Source: Salpingoeca rosetta (Eukaryota; Protista; Choanoflagellata). Taken from it: a DNA stretch of 64,000 bases. The stretch spans positions 549,327 to 613,326 of the forward strand of contig JAWQFM010000005.1 of assembly GCA_033442325.1 (NCBI GenBank). The letters run 5' to 3'. The translations under genes were made by a program, and so were the position numbers. This document shows, in pieces, positions 1 to 21,445 of this stretch (its first letter is position 1; the number at the start of each line of letters is the position of its first letter). The notes under the pieces are model-generated. The model did no database searches and was not told the origin of the DNA. It saw only the letters and a program-made list of their open reading frames with translations.

Positions 1-2624
1 CCTGCGCCTGATGACCCTCGATGAACCGTCCAACCTTGCGCGCGTGGACGGTGACATCCTCGTTCGTGACAACACCGTCTTGCTGGACGTGGATGCACTG
101 GCGAGCCTGCAGTCGTACGGTGGCTCGTGGGTGATTGCCAACAACTCGAACCTGTGTTTCATTGGCCCATTCCTGCTGGAGAACATTGCTTCGTTGGAAG
201 TGAACAGCGACAGCGAGGAGTTCCCAGACGTGATGCTGGCTCGTGATGACTGCCCCGCCGAGCGCGCAGACACAGATGGCGATGGAGTGTTTGACGACAA
301 GGACAACTGCCCGCGCGTGTTCAACCCGCAGCAGCGCGACAGCGACAGCAACGGCATCGGCGACGTGTGCGACTGCAACGAGGGCTCGGATGCGTTCTGC
401 GCCAACGGCGGCACGTGCGTGCAGGACGCGCAGGCGCGCCACTACATGTGCGCGTGCCCGGTGGAGTTTGAGGCCCAACCTGCAACATCTCCAGCGTGTA
501 TCCTGTGCCGCAGATGCAGGTCGAGCACTCGGCGCTGTTCCAGCAGCAGCCCGTTCGCGTGTCCTCCGTCGCCTTCACGCAGCCGTACCTGCTGCTGCCA
601 GGCACCAACCCAGAGGTCGTCACCGACAGCGCGACCACTGACACGGTGACGACGCGGCTGAGCGCTGCGTGGGCATCATTGCAAGCGGAGGAAGACGTTG
701 ATGTTCCTCGCCAGCCAGCGCACGACGTGGTGGCGACGCTGCTGTCTGCCAGCACGGTGTGGTTTGACGCTCCGCACGTGCGGGTGCACCTGCAAGCGCG
801 CGACGCCAGCTTCAACATGCGCACTGCTGCCACCACTGTCAGCATCACGCTGAGCGCACGTGTGGACACTGATGGTGACGGCACCAAGAAGGACGTGAGC
901 GTACAGGCGTGGTGTGAGATGAGCGCCGCTTCTTCAGGCTGCATTGCGTGGACGAGTGTGCCTCAGTCATGGTTCCCCCTTGAGAACAGCGACGGCACAC
1001 CGGCTGCCATGCGCGCAGTCACGGTCGCGTACGGCATTGGCGCTTCTCTTTCTGCCTCTGCGTTCATGCAAGAGCTGCATGAGGACATGATACGTGCACT
1101 TGCTTGCTCAGACAGACTACGCATGCACACGCCTTTACTCATGGGGTTTGTCCTTGCGAGCACCAGCGTCACCCATCCCTTCACAGACATGTGCGCACAC
1201 TGACACACGTAACCCCACGCACACGCACACACACGCACACACATACCCCGACGTGCAGTTGATCCTGATGCGCCATCCACACTCAACGTGACATCGGCAG
1301 CACCGACAAGTGCCACCGCTGCGTGGCCGCGGCCCCACGGTAACTTTGCTCCCATCGACTACTACACGCTCGATATCCGCCTGCACAACACCACGGACGC
1401 GTGGCTCCCCGTCACATGTGCCAATACCTCGTTCCCTCCTGGTGACACGCGCACACCGCTCCCGCACAACCAGTGGCGAGTATGTGACAAGAGGCTCAGT
1501 GTGTGTGTGTGTGTGTGTGGTGAAGGGGAGTGTGAGTTTGAGTGTATGTGTATGTGTGGTGAAGGGGAGTGCGAGTTTGAGTGTGCGTTGTGTGTGTATG
1601 TGTGTATGTATATATGCATGTGTGTGTATGTGTGTATGTATATACGCATGTGTGTGTGTGTGTGTGTGAGAGCACGTTCATATCCCATTCGAATCTCAAC
1701 GTTCATGTGTGCACTTCCCGTGTGCGTCATTTCTGCTGCACACATCCACACCAAACATGATCCATGCACACAGTACGCCTCCTTCATCTTTGCTCGCTCT
1801 CTCTCTCTCTCTACTATTGGCCTCACACGCCTCCCTTCCCCCAAAATCACACCCACGCACGCCTCCCCCATGTGCAGTCGCTATCTTGATCACGAGCCCG
1901 CGAGTATGGACGAGCTGGCAACACCGCTGCACGCCACAATCACCGGCCTGCTTCCGTTCACCGCCTACGACGTGCGTGTGCGCGCTGTGCACGGTCGCGG
2001 GGTGAGCGGGTTTACAACAGCAGGTGTTGTGACTGCAGAGGATGTGCCGAGCAGACCCGCCGCTCCGCTGGTGCTGGAGGTGCGGCAGCGCGCTGTGCGG
2101 GTGAACATCAACGCCCCGACCCCCGCCAACGGCCGCATCGTGGCGTATGATGTGCAAATCGTGGAGACGCGCATGGAAACCCCTGGCCGCCGGCCCCTCA
2201 CTCGCATCATCACGCTCCCCACCAACGGCGACACCACCACCACCAACAACAACAACACCACCACCAACGCCACCATCAACACCAACGCCAGGGAATACAC
2301 GAGCAGTGACCTTCGCCCGGCCACGCCGTACAACGTGAGCGTGCGCGGTGTGACGAGTGCAGTAGCCGGACCGTTCAGTGCACCTGCGCTGGTGACGACG
2401 CTGCCGGCTGCCCGGTGACAGCGCTAAATGAGGTGCACGTGCGCGTCAACGCGACGGCCTGCCTGTTTGAGTGGCTGCCGCTCGCCGGGAACGATGCGGT
2501 GTACGCTGTTGTCATGGGTTCTTGTGGCCGTCCGCTGCGTTGTGCGTTGTGCGAGTGCGCGCTGCAGTTGGCGGGCCGTTCAGTGCACCCTGGTTGCCTG
2601 TGTTGTTGTGTAGGCGTGTGTTAA
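1..2624 (+). CDS. Internal part of a large cell-surface protein: receptor L-domain-like segment, thrombospondin type 3 repeats, EGF-like domain, TMEM132-like domain, 2-3 FN3 domains (5' end outside window, 3' end runs toward gap)
   Basis: [34 protein letters not shown] (TSP3); [14 protein letters not shown] (EGF); [13 protein letters not shown] (TMEM132-like); [21 protein letters not shown] and [17 protein letters not shown] (FN3). GT-AG introns ~1094-1258 and ~1481-1877; apparent 1-nt frameshifts at ~472 and ~2412. Confidence 0.8.
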
Positions 2625-2929
2625 ACTTACCGCTACTGCTGCTGCACTGTGGTTCTGCATGTGCCTTGTGTCCTTAGGTCCTTGAGTAAAGATGAAAGGC
2701 AACGTGTTGATGTGACATGATTTGACACACAATGCACAGAAAGCTCAGAATGCTAGAATGGGACACCACAACAATACCTGACAAAGCTCGACAGCTCGAG
2801 CTTTGGCTTTTGTGCAAAAGGCAGTGGCGTACCTCCAACCGAAAGACAGGGTGGTAAAATGTTGGTAAAAAGGGGCGTTGGCTGTGAATGGCGCGTTGGA
2901 CGATAATCTGTCAATGCCGCTCCCGCTTG

Positions 2930-3029
2930 NNNNNNNNNNNNNNNNNNNNNNNNNNNNNNNNNNNNNNNNNNNNNNNNNNNNNNNNNNNNNNNNNNNNNNN
3001 NNNNNNNNNNNNNNNNNNNNNNNNNNNNN
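2930..3029. other. Assembly gap (100 N)
   Basis: N run. Confidence 1.
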
Positions 3030-3520
3030 ACCCCCCCCCCACCACCACACACATGTACATTCGGTCACATGCACATGGACTAAGCCCCCCACACCCTCAC
3101 ACTTTTTTTTCTCTCTCTTAGGTACCAGTCAGTCCCGGAAGTGGACGGCTGACACTCACTTTTTTCCCCTCCTTTTTTTGTTTTGGTGAGTTGGTATGGT
3201 GCCATTTTTGGCGTCCCAACCAACGAGCCATCCTCGCCTCGGCGAGGAAGGTAAGCACCTTGCTACCTTGCAACAACACCAACTCCTCTCACTCAAATGA
3301 TCACACACACACACACACACATGCACATGCACATGCACATGCTTGCACCCACACTTACTCACAGACACACCACGCATGCACATTGGTTCCTCGTTTCTTC
3401 GTTTCTACTTGGACTCTGGATTTGCCGACCGCCACCCTCGCCGACTGCACCTGATCGTGCCCTTCACGCTGCCTCTTGTCTCTTCCCCTGTCGTCTCTGT
3501 CTGCTTGTCTCTCTTTCTCT

Positions 3521-3558
<38 letters not shown>

Positions 3559-3836
3559 CGTGCTTGTCTGTCCCTTTTCTCTTCTTTTGGCGGCTGTTCG
3601 TGGGCCAACAAAAATTTGATTCGATGCACAAAGGAGTGCCCGTCTTGTTGTTGTTGTGGTGTGCTTGCTTCTTGTGTGTTTTTTTTTGTGTGTCGTGCAC
3701 TCTGATGGCGATAAAACGTAACTGATGACTGGCTGCTGCTGGGTGGTGGCGCAAATGCAAACAAAAAATCGCGTGTGGTGTCAGCGCTTTGCTCGCGGCA
3801 GCAAAAACTGCAGTGGAAGGACAGCCCTTGATCGAC

Positions 3837-9073
<5,237 letters not shown>

Positions 9074-9273
9074 CCATCCCGTCCGCATGCACACGGCTGC
9101 TCGTGGTTCATTCTGACCACGTCAGCCATCCGTTAAGCTTGTTCGGTGCATGATGGTCGCACTTTCTCTGCCACCCTGTTAGAAACAACTTCTAGATGAA
9201 ACCGTTCATGTACCACACGCGATGATGTGTGCGTTCGTTTTCAATGGCAGCAACAACACAAGAAACACGCACG

Positions 9274-9313
<40 letters not shown>

Positions 9314-9746
9314 ATATGCATGTTCCCACACGCGAGACATACATCACAGAATGTGGAGCACCAAACACCAAAACACTCAAGACGGGCCGAATGACGGCTG
9401 CAACAGTGCACACGGGACTACTGTACAGCAACGCAGTAGGCACAACTCAACCCAAACACAGCAAAAACACACAAACAGCAATCACGGAAAAGGAGATAAG
9501 AGTGAGGGAAGAAAAGCACATAAGCTCGCGCAACAAGCACGGTGACATCACGACACAAACCCCACCCACCACACGACACCACTGCAAAGAAGACAACAAG
9601 GACAACAGACACCTTTCACACACAAACAAACAAAACCCAAATCACACATGGTTTCTGGTTTCCCAACGACACGCCCTTGTTCTCTTAAACAGGGGAAAAA
9701 ACCATTGTAAAGAATTGGGGTTGACAGTTGCAACACTGAGACAGGC

Positions 9747-10560
9747 TCAGAGCACGTTGAAGATGTCCGTGTCGTCATCGTCCTCGTCGCCCTGGTACCA
9801 GTCGTCCTGCTCGTCGTCGTTGGCGTCGGGCCACGAGTCAAAGGCGCGCCCGCGCCCGTCCTCCTCCAGCACAACGCCGTCGTCGTCGCTCATGGCCAGC
9901 TGGTACTGCTGGTCCAGCACGGCGTCTGTCGAGTCGATCATCGACTGCACGCGCGACTTGAAGTCGGCCGGGTACTGCGGGTCGCTGCAGGTGAGCAGGT
10001 CCAGCCCGCCGTTGACACGCTGCAGCACGTCCTCAAACGTCGTCGTTGGCGAGTGTTGGTGCCCGACAATGCCCTTGATAAACGCGGCAGCGTGCTCCAC
10101 GGGGTTGAGGTCCGGGTACCCCGGCGGCGCAATCACCACCGTGTGGCCCTGGCTCTCGGCAAGGTGCACAAGCTCGGGCTTGACGTTGTCCTGCACCCAG
10201 GCGCGGAGGCGGGCGCGCAGGACGTTTGTGGTCTCGTCGTCGTAGGCGGGGAGGCCGCGCTGGCGCAGCGCCGCAATGATGCCGTCCCGCTTCATGCGCG
10301 TCGGGTTCATGGCGTTGCTGGGGCGGAACATGTGGTGCTTGGCGTCGTCCATGACAATGAGCGACGGCTGCTTCAGGTTGGGCAGCAGCTGCGTTGTCCA
10401 CCACTTCTTGAAGTTGGCCGTGGTGAAGTTCTTGCGGAAGTCGCCCTTGTGCGGGCACTTGGAGTGCGTCTTCTTCGGGGCAAACACCCAGGCAGACCCG
10501 TACACGAGGCCAGCAAGCGATGCGCCGGGCACATTCGGCTGCACGCCGGAATCAGACTGG

Positions 10561-10599
<39 letters not shown>

Positions 10600-12506
10600 C
10601 CTTGTCCTTGGGCAGGCTGTTGCTGTTGCTGAGCAAGGAGCGGGTCCTTGACGTCGGCGGCGGGCGTGTGCTTGGTCTCCTGACCGCTGCCGCTTGCAGC
10701 TGCAGTCTCCTGCTGCGGGGTGGTCGTGGCGGCGGCCGTTGTAGCAGGGGTGGTGGCAGTGTCGGTGGCAGTGGCAGAGGTGCTGCTGCCGGCCGTGTCC
10801 TGTGCTGCCGCTTCTGAGGTTGCCGGCGTGGCTGTTGCTGCGGGGGCGGCTGCGCCCTCCGTTGTGCCTGTTGCAGCAGCAGTAGAAGACGACGCAGAGG
10901 CGGCGGATGTGGCCGGCTGCGCAGGCGTGGCTGGCGTGACTGCGGTGGTGGCGGCAGCGGCAGGGCGCGGCGTGTTTGTGGGGGGCAGGACGTCGCAGCG
11001 CGGGTCTGCGCCTTGGATGGCAATGGCGAAGCAGTAGCGGCGGCCGTCGCGCAGGTTGCGCACCTGCTGCTCCTGCTCGTCGTTGGGGTCCACCAGGCTG
11101 TCTGCGGCGCGGTGGTAGTGCTCGTGCACGTAGCTCTCGCCAATGTACACCTCACGCAGGCGGGAGGCCGGGGGCGCGGCGCGGTTGTCGAGGATGGCCT
11201 TGATGTAGGCGTCGCGCATGCGCAGGTGCTTCTCGTTGGGGGCAATGCTGTGCCAGGTGCCGCGGGTGTAGCCCGCGCGACGCAGGAAGCGCTGCACGGC
11301 GACGGTGGCCGCCTCGTAGTCCTTCTTGTCGTGGTGGCCGAGCTGCGACTTCTTGACGGAGATGACGTCGCGCTCAATCAGGTACTCGAGCACGTTGCCG
11401 GCGGTGACGCGCTTCTGGGCGGCGCGCTGCTCGCGCACGTACTCGCGAACACCAACCAGCGTGGCGTTGGTCACGGGCACGCGCGTGTCCTTCTTGTTGA
11501 AGTTGCCACGCAGGCCGGCCACGGGGACGGTGCTTGGTGGGCCGCCGCCGGCCTCGCGCTTGGCGGCGTTCCAGCGGGCATACGCCTTGCCGACCGTGTT
11601 AGCGGAGAGGCCGAGAAGGTGAGCCACGGTGTTCTGGTAGTTCATCTTGGTCTTTGCACCGCTGCTCTTGGACTGGTCGCTGATCTGCTTCTGCTTGAGG
11701 GCGAGGTAGCAGTGGAGGACGAGGGCGACGCTCTGCTGGTCGAGGGTGGAGCGGCCGCGCAGCTTGCGCAGGGCGGTCATTTCCTGGGCGAGCTCGTCGT
11801 TGGTCTGGTTGCGGCTGGTGCGCGGCGACTGCGTGGCCATGGCGGGTGCGGCGCTGCTGGCGCTGCTTGCGGGTGGGACTTGGCCAACCACGCTCACCTG
11901 CGCCGGGGTTGCGGCAGACACGGCGACGGTGGATGAGGTGGGCACGTTGGAGGGCGGGAGGACGTGCGCCTCTGCCGGCACGGCGAGCTGAGGATGCTGG
12001 GGCTGCTGGGGCTGTTGCGGCTGCTGGTGCTGCTGGTGCTCGTGTGGCTGATGCTCGTGCGGCTGGTGCTCATGCTGCTGGTGCTGTGGGTGAGGCTGGT
12101 GCGGCTGGTGTTGCGGGGGCTGGTGCTGATGCTGGTGTGGCTGGTGTTGCGGGGGCTGGTGCTGATGCTGGTGTTGCTGGTGCTGGGCCTCATGCGGCGG
12201 CGGCTGGTGTGGCTGCTGCTGGTGCTGCTGGTGCTGGTGCTGAGGCGGCAGCTGGTGCTGGGGTGGGTGCTGTGGGTGCTGCGGCGGGTGCTGTGGGGGG
12301 TGCTGGTGCTGGTGCTGATGTTGCTGCTGTTGTGGGACAGCCATGGCGTGTTGCTGGTGGTGCTGGTGCGGCTGGGGCTGTTGCTGGTCGGCCATGGCTT
12401 GTGGGTGATGCACTGCGTGCATTGCGGGCGCGGTGTGCGCTGGGCGCTTTGGTGGTGGCGGAGCACCGCCTTCGTCCACCGAAGGCAAATACACGCGCTC
12501 AGACAT
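9747..12506 (-). CDS. Single-coding-exon IS630-Tc1-mariner transposase-derived protein (DD83E spacing, Sailor/HvSm-like), probably domesticated
   Basis: REVYIGESYVHEHY, GRRYCFAIAI, LIVMDDAKHH, PPGYPDLNPVE; HTH-like TVAHLLGLSANTVGKAY; N-terminal Q/H/P-rich tract and acidic tail; ATG 12506 directly follows a CAG acceptor, suggesting a 5'UTR intron. Confidence 0.8.
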
Positions 12507-13123
12507 CTGGTGGGGTGGGAGAGGAGGGGGGGGGGGGCAAAGCGGTTGTGAGCAAACGGATGTGTGGACGTGGATGGGTTTGTGGATGGGTTTGTGACAG
12601 AGAGACAGAGAGAGACAGAGACAGACAGAGAGAGACAGAGAGACAGAGAGACAGAGAGACAGAGAGAGACAGAGACAGATACAGATACATTCACAGATAC
12701 AGATACAGATACAGATGCGCACAGATACACTCACACAAACACAAACACACACACACACACACACATCCAACAACGGCTCACCAACGTCTCACCGTCTCAC
12801 CTTTGAGCTGAGGGCCTTGAGCTGAAGGCGGGAGCCAAGCGACAACACAAAAACTGCTGGCTGTTGGCTTGCTGTGCGTGTCTCGAAACCGTCGTCGACA
12901 GCACCAAGCGCAGAGGAGGAGGGGGAGTAGAGCAGGGAGAAAAAAATGTGCTGTCTGCGCTGGTGGCTTGCTTGCGCGGCTTGGCTTGTTGCTTGCTTTT
13001 GTGTGCGTTCGCAGAGCAGCCGCCAACGGTCGCATGGGAAGAAATGGCGCGGCAGATATTCCTGGAAGAGCGCAGGGAGTTTTTGTCGAAAGAACGGTGC
13101 CGATTAACGGCGCATCGAATTCA

Positions 13124-13140
13124 TAGCGCCCTTTTTGAAA
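13124..13140 (+). promoter_or_regulatory. CDE/CHR-like element TAGCG-CCCTT-TTTGAA in the divergent promoter upstream of SAE1
   Basis: GCG at 13126-13128, 5-nt spacer, TTTGAA at 13134-13139; same spacing as animal CDE/CHR elements. Confidence 0.35.
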
Positions 13141-13283
13141 GGTGACGCGCCAGTTGCGCAATTGGCAAAGCGGACATTGCAATTCCTGCAAGGAACAGAA
13201 AGGAGGGAAGAACAGTGCAACAGACACCCACCACGTCGCGCATTCAACACTGACACCACACACATACACACAAGCGGTGCAGA

Positions 13284-17647
<4,364 letters not shown>

Positions 17648-18150
17648 CCCGCACAAGACCATGTCATCGATATGGATGGCGCGTTTTTGTCCATCTACAC
17701 CCTCTCTTCTTTGGACAGTGTCTTTGTCTACCCCCCCCTCTTATTCTTTTTTCTGTTGTTCATGAATGATCGCTGCTTTTGTCGTTTGTCGACTGTTGCT
17801 TTTTGTCGTTGGCGTGCTTGTCTCGCATGACTTGTGGCAGTGTAATGTAATCAACGACCATACACGCGCGCCTCCGTTTGGTGTTTGGGCGCTGCAAATG
17901 TAAGAAACCATTGACACACGTACACGCCAACGATGAGGCGCAACAAGCACACGAGCCAGTTATGCACCTGCAATGAAAAAAAAAATCTGCAACTGAAACA
18001 GCAGAAGTGACGATGACCTGGTGCACGCAGGCGAAAACGTTTCGATCATGTAACAGGGAGAAGGATAGGAGTTGTGCAACAGCCATAATGTGTACACAAG
18101 CAAGCAAGGAAAAGATGCATGGCGTTTCTGTCAACAGTATCCATCAATGC

Positions 18151-18202
<52 letters not shown>

Positions 18203-18231
18203 ATGCACACACACACCACATGCACGCAATA

Positions 18232-19326
18232 CTAGTCAAAGCCAAGAAGGTCTGAGAGTGTCGTGGATGGGCTCATGACCATGGTGTAAGGCAGCTCGTC
18301 CTGCTTGCACTTCAACTCAAACAACGGCCCTCTCCTGCTCGACGGCGTCATGACCCCTCGCCACAGCGGCTGCTGCGTCGATGCCGCTGTTGTTCCTGCG
18401 CGGTCGCCGGTGCGCTTGCTCCGTTTCGCCGCCAGCTCACCGTTGTCGCCATCGTCGTCGTCACCACTTGTATCGCCAACGGGGCCGCGTGTGCCGTGCG
18501 CCTCCACGCAGGTCTCCGGCGCAGTGCCCAGTTCGCCTCGCAGCTCAGCCTCCAACTCCGCGCCGGGCACACCCGCGTCTTGCTGAGCGCTTGGAGGCAT
18601 TGAAGGGGTGTGTAACACGGGCAGGTTGCTTGTAACAGCCGCCCTGCTTGCTGCTGCTGCTGCTGCGCCTGGTATCGCTGCAGTTGCGGTTGTTGTTGCT
18701 GCTGTTGCTGATGCCGCTGGGATGCCGAGAAAGTCGTCATCGAGCACAAACCCTTGCACGGTGAACGGGTCAGTGTAACGCGCGCGCACGCAATTGAGGC
18801 CTTGGTCTGCGAGGAAGTTCTCCATGTCGAGGTTGACGGAGAGATGCATGTTGTCCACGGAAGGAATGAAGAAGGACAGGCCGTTGCGCAGCTTGTCGAC
18901 TTGCAGGAGGTCGGAGGCGGAAATGGTGCGGGCAGATGGGTGGTCCTTGAGGGCCTTGAACGCGTTGAGGGACTGTGTGAGGAGATCGTGCAGCTCGCGC
19001 TCCTTCTGTGACAGTGCGCGCACCTCGTCGTTGAGCCGGTTCTTCTTTGAGACAAAGTCTGGATCGGAGGTGTTGGCCACCAGCTGCACGTGGTACACGC
19101 GTGGCTGCACCTGCAGACGCTGGATCACGCCAATGCCCTCCAGGACATTGACCACATCCGACAATCGGCGACGCGAGAAATGAATGCCCAGGTTCTCCAG
19201 GTGCTGCTCGACGTCTGCAACGGACATGCGGCGGTCTGGCTGGTTCTTCAGGATGTGGATGAACTGCCGCGTGATGTTTGTCAGCGATTTGCCCTCCCGC
19301 TTCCCGGGCGTGGACGTCGCGGACAT
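18232..19326 (-). CDS. Divergent E2F-family transcription factor, intronless CDS
   Basis: KSLTNITRQFIHIL...RRRLSDVVNVLEGIGVI winged-helix signature; following coiled coil LNDEVRALSQKERELHDLL; C-terminal Y..M....TLSDLL resembling the E2F pocket-protein-binding motif. Confidence 0.85.
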   Translation of the reverse strand: MSATSTPGKREGKSLTNITRQFIHILKNQPDRRMSVADVEQHLENLGIHFSRRRLSDVVNVLEGIGVIQRLQVQPRVYHVQLVANTSDPDFVSKKNRLNDEVRALSQKERELHDLLTQSLNAFKALKDHPSARTISASDLLQVDKLRNGLSFFIPSVDNMHLSVNLDMENFLADQGLNCVRARYTDPFTVQGFVLDDDFLGIPAASATAATTTATAAIPGAAAAAASRAAVTSNLPVLHTPSMPPSAQQDAGVPGAELEAELRGELGTAPETCVEAHGTRGPVGDTSGDDDDGDNGELAAKRSKRTGDRAGTTAASTQQPLWRGVMTPSSRRGPLFELKCKQDELPYTMVMSPSTTLSDLLGFD

Positions 19327-20033
19327 GATGCCTTCGCAAGATGTGTGTGTGTGTGTGTGCGTGAGTGTGTGTGTGTTGTTGTGTGTGTGTGTGTGTTTGT
19401 GTGTGCGTGTGTGTGAAAGAGTGAGGGAGAGTTAGTGAGTGGGTGAGGGAGAGTTGTTGAGTGAGTGAGTGAGTGAGTGAGTGAGGGAGGGAGGGAGGGA
19501 GAAGAACAAGGAGAAGAACGTTGAGTTTGGGTATCATGCGTGCGTGTGCATGTCTAATCAATACAGAACGCAGGAGCGGCCGTTACACACCAATCGCCAA
19601 AAAGAACAGTCATCCACACACAGACACACTCACGAGTAACGACGAACCTCGTTGGCGTTGTTCGTTCCTTTGTCTCTAGTTCTTTCCCTTGTGGTGAACT
19701 CACGCCTCCCCTTGGGCTGTACCCAAGCAGAAGACAAGACAAGAGATAACTTGACCCTCACGCTCGACCCTCACTCAACTTGGTTCTTTGAACTTGTGGC
19801 GCTCTGGCTAGGGTGCTTCAAAGACCGCGGCGGTGATAATTTGTGGACATCTCACATGAAACCTCGAGCCTGTGAAATTTGTCGGGAATCTTTCGCCAAT
19901 TAACCAAGTGCGCGGCTTGCGTTGACCCCCACCACTGCCACAAGGAAAAGGTCTGATGCTGGAGGAGAGCGTGCCTTGCTTCTTGTGTTGTGCTGTATGC
20001 AGTGCGGGAACAACAGCACATGGAGTGTGAATG

Positions 20034-20096
<63 letters not shown>

Positions 20097-20341
20097 CCTT
20101 GTGTGGATCGTGTGGTCCTGCTTTGCTTGTTGGAAATTTGCAAGTCATTTCGGCTCACGCTCACTGAAATTCGTCCTCCTCCCTGCCTCTGTCCTCCTAC
20201 TCTCCATCAATCCCAACACACCACCTCATTGGTTTTTGTTGACACGCTTGCAGCTCCCTCATCAAGCCCAAACGACAAGAGCATTCGAAGTAGCTTGTGC
20301 CTTGTGTTTCTTCTTTGTTTCCAGAGAAACAGGGAACCACC

Positions 20342-20798
20342 ATGTCGCTTACGTCACTGAACCCGCGCGTGGCGCTCACAACCCGCCCACGCCGCGAAGG
20401 TCAGAGTCAGAGTCATCAAGTGTTCAGTTGCATGAGGGAGATCAACGCACATCCACCACGCAGCTCTCACTGTCTTGTCCTCCATGGGCTGGACTGTACG
20501 CATCAAACGCAATGGCGCTTGGAACACTGTTTTGTTCACACACGTGCACGCTCACACACACACGCACGCACATGCACGCACACGCACATGCACACTCCTA
20601 TCCTTTGCATGAATCTGCACTTCAGGTGAGACGGATGGTATCCACTATCATTTCGTTTCGCGCGACGAGTTTGAGCGCCTCCTTGCCGCCGATGCTTTCA
20701 TGGAGCACGGCGAGTACAAGGGCAACCTGTACGGCACTCTCAAGCGCAGCGCAAGCTCCTATGCTCAGCCCACGTCTCCCACCGCCAACGTGCGTTTC

Positions 20799-20882
<84 letters not shown>

Positions 20883-21312
20883 GTTGCAGCAGCGTATTGC
20901 GAATAGCGTGTGTGCTTCCGAAGAAGGGCGCATTGGAAGCGAACTCGCTGCCACCCTTGCTGCCACTCCGCAGTGTCGCGTCAACGACCTCATGCAACAT
21001 GCTCCCTGCACGCATTCTGACCAACACACGCTCAAACATGTCGGCATGATAGGGTGTTGACCAGAGCCTGTACAAGCTGCAGACGGTGATCCTGCATCGT
21101 GGCGAAAACGGCAGCTTCAACGTCGCCCTCTCCGGTGGTGTGAGCAACAAGCGCCTCATCAGCGTGGCCGGTGTTCTTGACGGCGCCGTTCAGCTCGCCT
21201 ACACCGCTCGTCCTCTCCGCAAGGTGTGTGTGTATGTGTGTTGCTGTGTTTATGCATGTTTACGTGTATATATGCGTATGGGACAGAGAGACAGGGTTTA
21301 TGTATGTGAGTG

Positions 21313-21393
<81 letters not shown>

Positions 21394-21408
21394 TGCTCGC
21401 TCGCTCCG

Positions 21409-21445
<37 letters not shown>

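Noticed and set aside
2625-2929. Non-coding-looking sequence after the FN3 exons
   Set aside because: Contig end next to a gap; probably intron or poor-quality sequence
3121-3152. Possible terminal exon YQSVPEVDG-stop after a pyrimidine tract and TAG
   Set aside because: Could end the upstream gene but cannot be linked across the gap and is too short to support
9100-13280. Intact transposon or Fanzor/TnpB cargo around the transposase
   Set aside because: No terminal inverted repeats, target-site duplication or RuvC-like ORF could be found by eye
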